A stretch of 64,000 bases of DNA from Camelus dromedarius (taxonomy: Eukaryota). This document shows positions 53,301-62,300 of this stretch, one piece after another. Numbering within the stretch: position 1 is the stretch's first letter; each line of letters begins with the position of its first letter. The position numbers were made by a program, and so were the translations under genes. Where the stretch lies: the NCBI RefSeq assembly GCF_036321535.1, contig NC_087437.1:58344001-58408000 (forward strand), in the 5' to 3' direction. The notes under the pieces are model-generated. The model did no database searches. It saw only the letters and a list, made by a program, of their open reading frames with translations, and was not told the DNA's origin.

Positions 53301-56300
53301 AAAGCTAGGAATGTCTCGTGAATGGGGCTCTCTGCCGAGGTGGGTTAACCAAAAAGTGGCAAAGCCTTTATCAATTATTTGCATGCAAATGAACTGAAGA
53401 CACGGAGAAACCAGGTCGGGTCCACTGCATTAGAGCCAGTAAACTGGGTGCCTGAGGTGAGGGCGGGATGGAAGCTGAGATGGCTGACAGACACTGTATA
53501 TCCCCTCCAGGTCCCCAACAGGAAAGCCACAGGGAGAGGTCTCGGGACTGTTCTGCAGCAGCTGTCCCCCACCCCCCACCCCCCAAACACATTTCTCCTC
53601 TGCCACCTTTCCAAGGCCCTAAGCACAGACAACCTGCCCTAGTCCTGAATCCTAATACCCTGGGAAGCAAAAGAGGAAAGAGGATCCAGAGTGTGTAAAC
53701 ATGCATCCTGGTCCACTCCCTCCTTTTCCTTAAAAGAAGCAGCAGAGGAGAAAGGAAGATGCTCACTTAAGCTCTGGACAAAGTGTTTCAGGGAACAGAA
53801 GTGTTCCTCATATTTTTTGCCAGAAAAAGCCAGTTAGTCATAAAAGTTATGACATTATGAGATGGTTTTGAAACCTGAAACAGGCACAAAAATATTAAAT
53901 TTCACGGAGAAGAAATTCATGACGTGATGGCTAAACTACTTCCTTAGGACTTGGGTAAGTGGAAGCGTGATCTAGAACATGATCTCCTACTAGCTCACTT
54001 GGTGACCTTCTCTGGCCTCAGTGTTCCCATCTGTAAAATGGGGGTGCTGGACTGGACAGTTTCTGAGGCCCTTCCCAACTCGGTTGTGTCTTGAAAGTTG
54101 GTGACCTCCAACCTGGAAAGTTGAGCTCATACTTTGTCAAAGCACACGAGGTTGATTTGTCCACACATGTTGATTCTCTGCGGGGAGATACAGAAGATTT
54201 TCTTTTTTCTCATCCTCTTTTGTGCGTACACGATGCCTGTGGTCAGGGCAGCGGGCAACACAGCAGGGACAGTCACGGTCAGAAGGAGCAGGGCCATGGC
54301 TGCAGTATCTCTTTGAGAGACCTAGGGAGGGGAGGGATGTGCAGGTTAGCCTGCTCAGTGTTCCTGCTTCCCAGATGAAATTGGCCTCAAATTCCAGCCC
54401 CACTGGCTTTGACATTCTGCCTCGCTCTGTCCAGGCTCCATTCTACCATCACCAGTGTGCCCTGGCCTCCTCTGCCCTTCTTGCCTTTAAAAATGCTCCC
54501 TGAGGGCTTATTTCAGGTTGAAATGACTACCCAGAGCTCAAGTTTGAGCATGAACATTACCTAGAAATTCTTATGACTGTGTTTTTGCCTCCTTTCCTCA
54601 GCACACATACCATCTCTGATGTCATTAAGTTGGGCATTGAAAATAGGTCACTCAGCCCCAGTTTCATACCTGTGTTTAGATCTTTTTATTTATAATGTTT
54701 TATTCCTCCCGATAAGCCCACACTGCTAAGATCCCAGCATGTTTTGTGGAAGAGACTACACAATTCATAACAGAATCAGACTCTCAGGGCCAGAAAGGAC
54801 CTCAGAGGTCATTGGTGACCACCCTTTCCTCTACAGCTATCACAACTCTTAAGAGAGATATCCAAATAAAACCGGAAAGCCTGAAATTTAAAAAGGGAAG
54901 TGGGGATTCATACAGTACACAGCTCTGTAAAAGTAGACATTTAATTTCATCTCAGAAGCTAACAAGAACACAGGGAAACTCACTGACTGCATGGTGTGTC
55001 CAAAGGTAAGCCATGGACAATGTACACACTCAAATACTTCAACACTCTCCAATAGTCCAGACTTCTAGGCAAGGCATTCAAGGTCCCCTTCAATCTGGTC
55101 TACTCCTACTTTGCTAGACTCATCTCTTAATTGCTTTCTGGTTCCAGAATACCTCTGTAATGCTTTTCTTCCTTTGCATTTTGCTCATTCAAATTAGTAT
55201 ATCCTTCCTGCTCTCTGATACAACTGACTAAATCCTCCCCATCAAATCAGGCTTGAGACATGTGTGTTTCCTCTGAGGCTGGTTGGACTAGGATCTCACA
55301 AATGCCACAAATGCAGTAAACTCTCACGACTACCCAAGTGGTGAAAGAAAGCTATGCTATTAAAAGCCTTACCCCTAGTACTTACTCCATGGTACACGTA
55401 TACACCAAGGGCATAGAAAAAACCCATGACTCCAAGGCAGGCCAGGAACACTATGAACTTGAAGGCATCACTGTATAATTTGAAGTTCAGAGGCCGGGGG
55501 TAGAGGATGGATCTCACCAAGTCCCCTTTGGCTGTATTGTAACCTACATGAACATAATCATACGTAGAGTAAGGTCCTTCAATACAGTTTCCCTTAAAAC
55601 CAAAAAAAAAAAAAAAAAAGGTTTGCATTGAATTAAGAATTCGTTAATAGGATCACTTGAATATGGAATTCAGAAACAGCATTGCTGTTACCTAACAGTG
55701 TATTTATGTTTATTGTTCTTACAGGTTGCTAGGAACAATAAATTGTGTTCACTTGGCCCTGCTCGATTTCTCTTGCTTTGGGAGTCAGTGGTCCAGCGGC
55801 TCCTATGTAAGTACAGCTCCCCATTCACACATGGGGTTAAGGAAGAGAAGGCTAAGGGGGCTGACAAAGGTAATGACCAGAAAAGACGAGTTGCTGAGAG
55901 AAGAAGACTTTAGAGCACAAATATGTGTTGAAAATAACAGAAAATTAAGAGAAAAATAAAGCACAAGGCAAGTAATCTTACATGCCTCTGATCATAGCAT
56001 CCTAATGCTCAAAAGCTTCCAGATCCCACACGTTTTAGAACCAAGTTCAAATTTCTAGGCATGGCATTTGGGGTCCCTTTCTATTTGATGTACTCTTGCC
56101 TCTCTAGACCTATCTCTTAACTGCTGACTGGTCCCAGAAGACCACCAGGGATTCTTCCCTTTGTGTTTTGCAGACACAAGTTAGCATATCTTTCCAGCTT
56201 TCTGATAGGATTGGCTAAATCCTTTCCATTCTATCGGGCTTGGCTCAAAATGCCAACTCTTTAAATAAGTGTTTCCAGAATTTTGCTCCCATACTTCATA

Positions 56301-59300
56301 CCCAAAATAATTGCTTCCACTCTCTGGAGTCCCTGTAACACTTGGTCACATGACGTCTCTCACTGCCCCGTGTTTTCGTTAGCTATAAATCCATCTGTCT
56401 CTTGCGCCAGACCATAATCTTCTTTAAGGGTGAGGTATCTCACAAATTTTTTTTCTTTAGCTCTCTGTGCATAACACTTAGTGGGTAATCAATGATGTCT
56501 AAAATATTGGCAAAAAAGATTCACTACCATATATTCCAGATAAGAGTCAGTACTGTAAGTATAAAATATGCCTTAATCCCACTGCTTGGTGAACATCTGG
56601 TCTCCACAACATGGCTTTGCAGGCTTTGGAGAAAAGGAGGGGAGTTTCCTCTAACCTGTTGCCCTAGCATTTTACCTGCTCAGGTCAGGGGTTCCCATGC
56701 TCTCTACCCTTTAGCTTCTGCTTAGGCAGCAGTTTGAGGGATGTTCTCATGCCCACTTTTTGAGCATTAAAAAAAACAAAACCCTTGATATATTTAATTT
56801 TAAAAAACCAGGTAGATCAACTGAATAATACACTAAACTAAAACATAGAGATATCAAATGATGTGTTTTGCATCAGTGAATATGTGGTGTGGCAGAAGCA
56901 CAGGTCAAGGGTGAATACAGAGAGCGGGGCCCAGACCACAGAAGGTGTTAATCATGTATTGTCATGTGAAAGAGTGGGACTAAAATTGGTAGTCTTGAAA
57001 AGTTTTTGATCATGGTGTTTATGAATTGCTCCAAACTATGTTTTAGAAGTGTGATTTGATGATTGATTGGGGATAGGTTAGAGAAAGGTTAAAAACATAG
57101 TAATGGTGAAACATATTTGAGGTGAAGGGAAACAGTCAAACGAATATCTGTGTTGTAATAGTTTGGGCACCAATGATGACGGCCTGGATAAAACACCAAC
57201 CATGGGGATGAAAGAGAGGGAGAAGGTATCTGCAGAATCTCCAGGATGTGGTCCCCTATTTGGTATGGGAGGAAGCGAGGAGTTAAAGATGATATGAAGA
57301 GGCTAGCAAGATGGTGATGCTGTCAACAGAGAGCAGCAACAGAGGAAGGCGAGCTCCCTTTTAGATGTCTTGACTTTGAAGCATCTGTAGGACATGCAGG
57401 CATCCAGCAGGCATCCAGCAAAAACCTTGAAATAACAGTCCAGTAAACACCTCTTTGAAAGGAAAAAGTCCTCAAGTAACAGTGACTGAAACTTTTCTTG
57501 GTAATCACTTAGACAGGGTGCAGAGGGAAAAGAAAAGAAGCTGATGGACGCACACCAGAAAGCCTCCGTGAACATCGTTTTGGCTTTGAGGAAGTGTACT
57601 TCATCCTTCATACCCTTCATCATAGACAAGGGTATTAACAATGAACCCTTAAGTTGGAAACGGTGGCAATTTAGAACAATAAGGGTCTGATAAACCAGAA
57701 TGTGACAAACTCCATAATCTGAAACAAGGTTTTCCTAGTCCAGCTCCCCCACCTCTAATCTTGAACCAAACTTACAAAAGTGGAATCTACTAACCTGTCT
57801 GCAAAACAACTGCTCTTACTGGCCCCTGCCCAGAGGGCTTGACCTGGATGACTTCTGTTCCGCAGAAAAGCACGTGTTTCCGATAGTCCTCCAAGCTGTG
57901 GGATTTCCAGGCAGTGCTGTTCTCCGTGGGGGGCAATGGTGTCTTTGTAACAGGTATACTTTCTCCTACAGAAGATTGTATTTTGTTGATTCTGTATGAA
58001 CTTCAGGCGTCATTTAGAGCTGGTACTTGGCAGTTTTAAGAAAGGATACAAACCGCAGCTAATCTGGTTGCTAATTCCTATCTGATGAGTCAGATGACTC
58101 TTCTGAGGGATGCTGGTGATTCAAACAGTGGTACATGATTATATTTCCAATGTTTATTTAAGATTTGTTTATGTTTTCCACACACGCCCAGTATGGTTTG
58201 TTGTTTTTATTTAAAAAGCAGCCCACTTCAGGAAAGAGAGTTATAACTTAATCACTTCCCCCAGGTGTTCTTTAAGCCCAGCATTATTCTAGGCAATGAA
58301 GGAGCTACAAAGCATGTGTAGAGTTATTATTTTTTGCCTTTTAGTCACTTATTAATCAGCCCTTTCATCCGTTGATTCAGCAAATATTTTTATGTGCTTA
58401 TTCCATACCAGGCACTGCTCTAGGTGATGGGACTGTAATAATGAAGACGACAGACGGAAATCCTAACCTCATAAAGCTCAGGGAACCAGGCTAGTACATA
58501 GCAGCAAATAATTAACTATTTAAAATACAATATGGAAAAACATATGATACAGTAAATATTTTGGAAGCAGTACCTGGTTATCTGAAGATCTAATCCAAAT
58601 GGAGGATCAGGAAAGATTTCTTGTACATTTAATAAATGACAACTTGAAAGGAGACTCGGCCCAGCCAGTTCAAGAGGAGGGGAAAGTGTTCTTAGAAGGT
58701 CTGAGAGAAAGAGTGTGGTGTGCTCTGGGCATTAAATATAGTTGAGGATGTTTGGGAAAGGAGTCCTGGAGGTACAGAGATGGATGAGAAATGATGCCTT
58801 CATGAGATCTATAAAATATTCTTCATGTGGAGGGTGGAAGGAGAGGAAAGTAAATGAATCCTATCAAAGCCCGCTTATATTATCTCATTCTTTTCTCAAA
58901 AGTCCTTTAGCTTCCCCATTGCCATTACTAAAAAGACTCGGTCTCTCTTGCTAGATGATCGGAGCCACCACAATCTGAGCATCCATGGCTAATTGCTGTT
59001 CGCAGACTCCAGCTCACCTGGGCCACTGGCATATGCTACTACGATGCCCATTCTTTGCCGACATCATTCAATTAGCAAGATAACATTCATATTTCCTATT
59101 TGAAAATATTAATTAAATTGATTATAGTAATTTAGGTTTTCTCTCTCCTTCTAGGTGGTAACTGAAGGCAAGGACTTTGACACGTATTACATTTTAGATT
59201 AATCATTTTCCTTACTGGTATCTAATAGGTTCAAAATACGTCTTTTTTGCTGGATGCATGGATGAATTAAATAAAAACAATTACCCAGGTTGTTCTGTTT

Positions 59301-62300
59301 GGTTTTTCAAAGCTAGTCTTCTACGAGGGTGCAGTTTTTATCTCTTCAGGTGAAAGAAACTATAATATTTTTATTAGTGGTCATGAACATGCTTCAGGAA
59401 ATTCCTCTAGCCAAGCACTGTCGCTAAATCATTTTCTTTAAAACAATTATGATATCCATCCATTGCATGGATTTGTCAGTTGCATTCTAAATGGCTTTGT
59501 AAAAGGGATCGAACCTTTTGACAAAATCTCCAAATCATTGTGCCACACTGCTTTGAAATCAGCCTTTGTAAAAGGCAGATACTTATAGATAATTTCAAAT
59601 GTTTTTCTGCCTTTGGATCACAGACTACTAAACCACAACATGTGCTTAGACTAATGTTAGTGAATAGTTTCACCCACATAACTGAGGGTATGGGGGCAGG
59701 CATTCGATCAATCAAAGCATCCTTTGGAGATCATGTTGCAGAGATGACAGTCAACTCAGAGGATTTTTACACAGAGATGATTTACAAGTCTTTTTTTTTG
59801 TTTATACTATTCAAATATTAATAAGGAATTGTGTTCTTGGCCTTTCTTGGGATCCTAGAAAAGGATGGATTCGCCTACACAATTTTGGAGATCTAAGCAG
59901 ACTGGAGAGGGCTTCAGGCGGAAGTACATCCATCAACAGTTCTTTTGGCTTACGGAACCTGGAGATCCCGGGTGCCGTGAAAATAGAGATTTTTTTTCTT
60001 TGTCTCCAATGAGCCAAATGTCTCTACATGGTGACAATCTTCGAAAGTCTATGTGCTTACTTATTTATTTTTCTGGGACCATCAGACTGTAAACTACTTG
60101 AGAGCAAGGACCATTTCTCATCCATCTTGGTGACTCCAGTGACTCCAGCTTGGCGACCCAATGCTGGCAAATAGCAGGCATTTCTGAAACTTTATTGAAT
60201 AAATGACTGAATGAGTGAATAAATGAAAGAAAGACAGGAGAGAGAGAACAAAGGGAAAAAGGAAGAGAGGAAAAGATCTGACCTACCCACTGATTATCAG
60301 CTTGTCTGAGAGGATATAAATGTGAAATAACCACTTAGGGAAATTCCTGTATGTCCAACTCAGATCACTGCCTACTTCCTGCACATATGATCCAAATCAG
60401 TCAGTAATTCTAGTGAGTGGAGGACGAGGGATGGGAGTACGGCAGAGTGAATGCTACCTGCCTCCCCTATAATTATTCCTAAGAGAATGAGGAGCAGTAG
60501 TTGCAAGCACAGGCACTAGGGACAAAATGCCTGGGTTTTCTTTCCTTCATAGAACTTACAGCTGTTGGAAATCGATGGCATTTGCCTACTTTCTGCTTTT
60601 CTGTCTTCCCACTAGAGTGCCAGCTCCAGGGGGGCAGAAATCTGCCTTTTTCACTGCTGTATCCCCAGTACCAAGTAGAGTGTTTGTGCCATAGTAGGGC
60701 TAATAAACATTTGTGGGATGAATGAATGAACAGATAAACAAATGAATTCAAATCTCAACTCCACCACTTTTAGGCAAATAAATTACTTACCATCTCTGGA
60801 CCTCAGATTCTCCCACTCTACAGAGTTGTGGATTGAATGATATAACATAAGTACAGGCTAGCACCATGTCTAATACCTATAAGAACTAAGGAAAACTAGT
60901 TATTGTTGCCAAGAGAAAATGTCAAAATAGCATTTCCCGTGGTATACCATTTTGCCTCCTGACCCCTTCGTGTGGAGCTGAATCTTGAAGAGGATCAGTA
61001 TATCAGGAAGCAGAAAAAAAAAGGCAGAGGTGATGATAACTGGCTTTTGTATTTCAAAAGTCATTCACAAAGTTGGTCACGGTTTTTAGAGACCACTTGC
61101 AGGAACAAAACTCTTCTGCTCCATGCCTTTCCTGTGCTACTTATTAGCCAAATAAAAACCCCTGGACTGGGAGTTGAAAGAAAAATCTAAAGGAAACTTC
61201 GATATTGTGTCTCTGGGAGAAAGGACTTGAACCAAAATAGGACATGGAAACATTCTAGAAGTTTATGGAAAGTGGGAGCAAATGTCACCTGGGTCTGCTG
61301 TCTTTCCCAGATAGATAGGTCTGGGATGGTTCCTAAGCCCCTAGCGGCATGAAGGAACAGAAGGAAAAGCTGCCCCAGACCAGATACTCCTCTCCAGGGC
61401 CTAGCACAGCTTCTGTAGGGAGGTCCTGCTAACTGATGGGGATGACTGACTTATATCAGACACTTCATGCAGCATACTTTCAAGTACGGCCAAATTTGGA
61501 CCCAAAATAAAAATTAAGTGTAGTTATAAAATACAGTTAAGCTTCTTGCATAGTTGAGCTTATGACAATAGGATGAAGGTAAGATGATGAGAGGAAAATC
61601 CTACAGTGGGCATGTGCTATGAATGGGGGTAACCAGCAGAGAGGAAAGACAATGAGGTAAAAACACGGAAGGGGGGACTTTAACCACCTTCAAATCTTCA
61701 TCCTCACTCTTAGGGTCCCTGATGCCTGGAAGCAAATGCCAACTCCAACTCTGACTGTTTCATTCACGAGCTGAGCATCCCTGATCTCTTTTCACCTCGG
61801 TTTCCTCATCTGTAAAGTGGGTATTATAATGGCTCCCAGTCTAATTTGTTTCATGCCACAATGGAGTGAGATATAAAAGTTGTTTATGAAAATATAAATT
61901 GGGGCGAGGGTATAATTCAAGTGGTAGAGCACATGCTTAGCGTGTGTGAGATTCTGGGTTTAATCCCTAGTATATCCATTAAAAAAGAAAAACTAATAAT
62001 AAATAAATAAATAGACCTAATGACCTTCCCCACCAAAGAAACCCCAAAACAATAAACAAACAAATAAATAAAAACAAATTGCTATGGCTATTTAAAAGTA
62101 TTTGCTATTTTTCTTCTTACATAAATAAAGACGTCTATATATGCAAAGTCCTATTTTTGCCCATGAGAAAAATTACATGAGTCACATTTGTGGACAAATG
62201 CTCCAGAAATACATTTGCAGTTTCAGGAACCTAACCCTAATTCAATTGTCCAATCAGGTCCTTTCCACAAATACATGCGTGAGTGGGAGGACCTGTATAG

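Noticed and set aside
57960..57968. TAGGAG tandem (NAGNAG) acceptor that would delete the Gly of TGES
   Set aside because: A distal GAG is very rarely used as an acceptor; no evidence of use from sequence alone.
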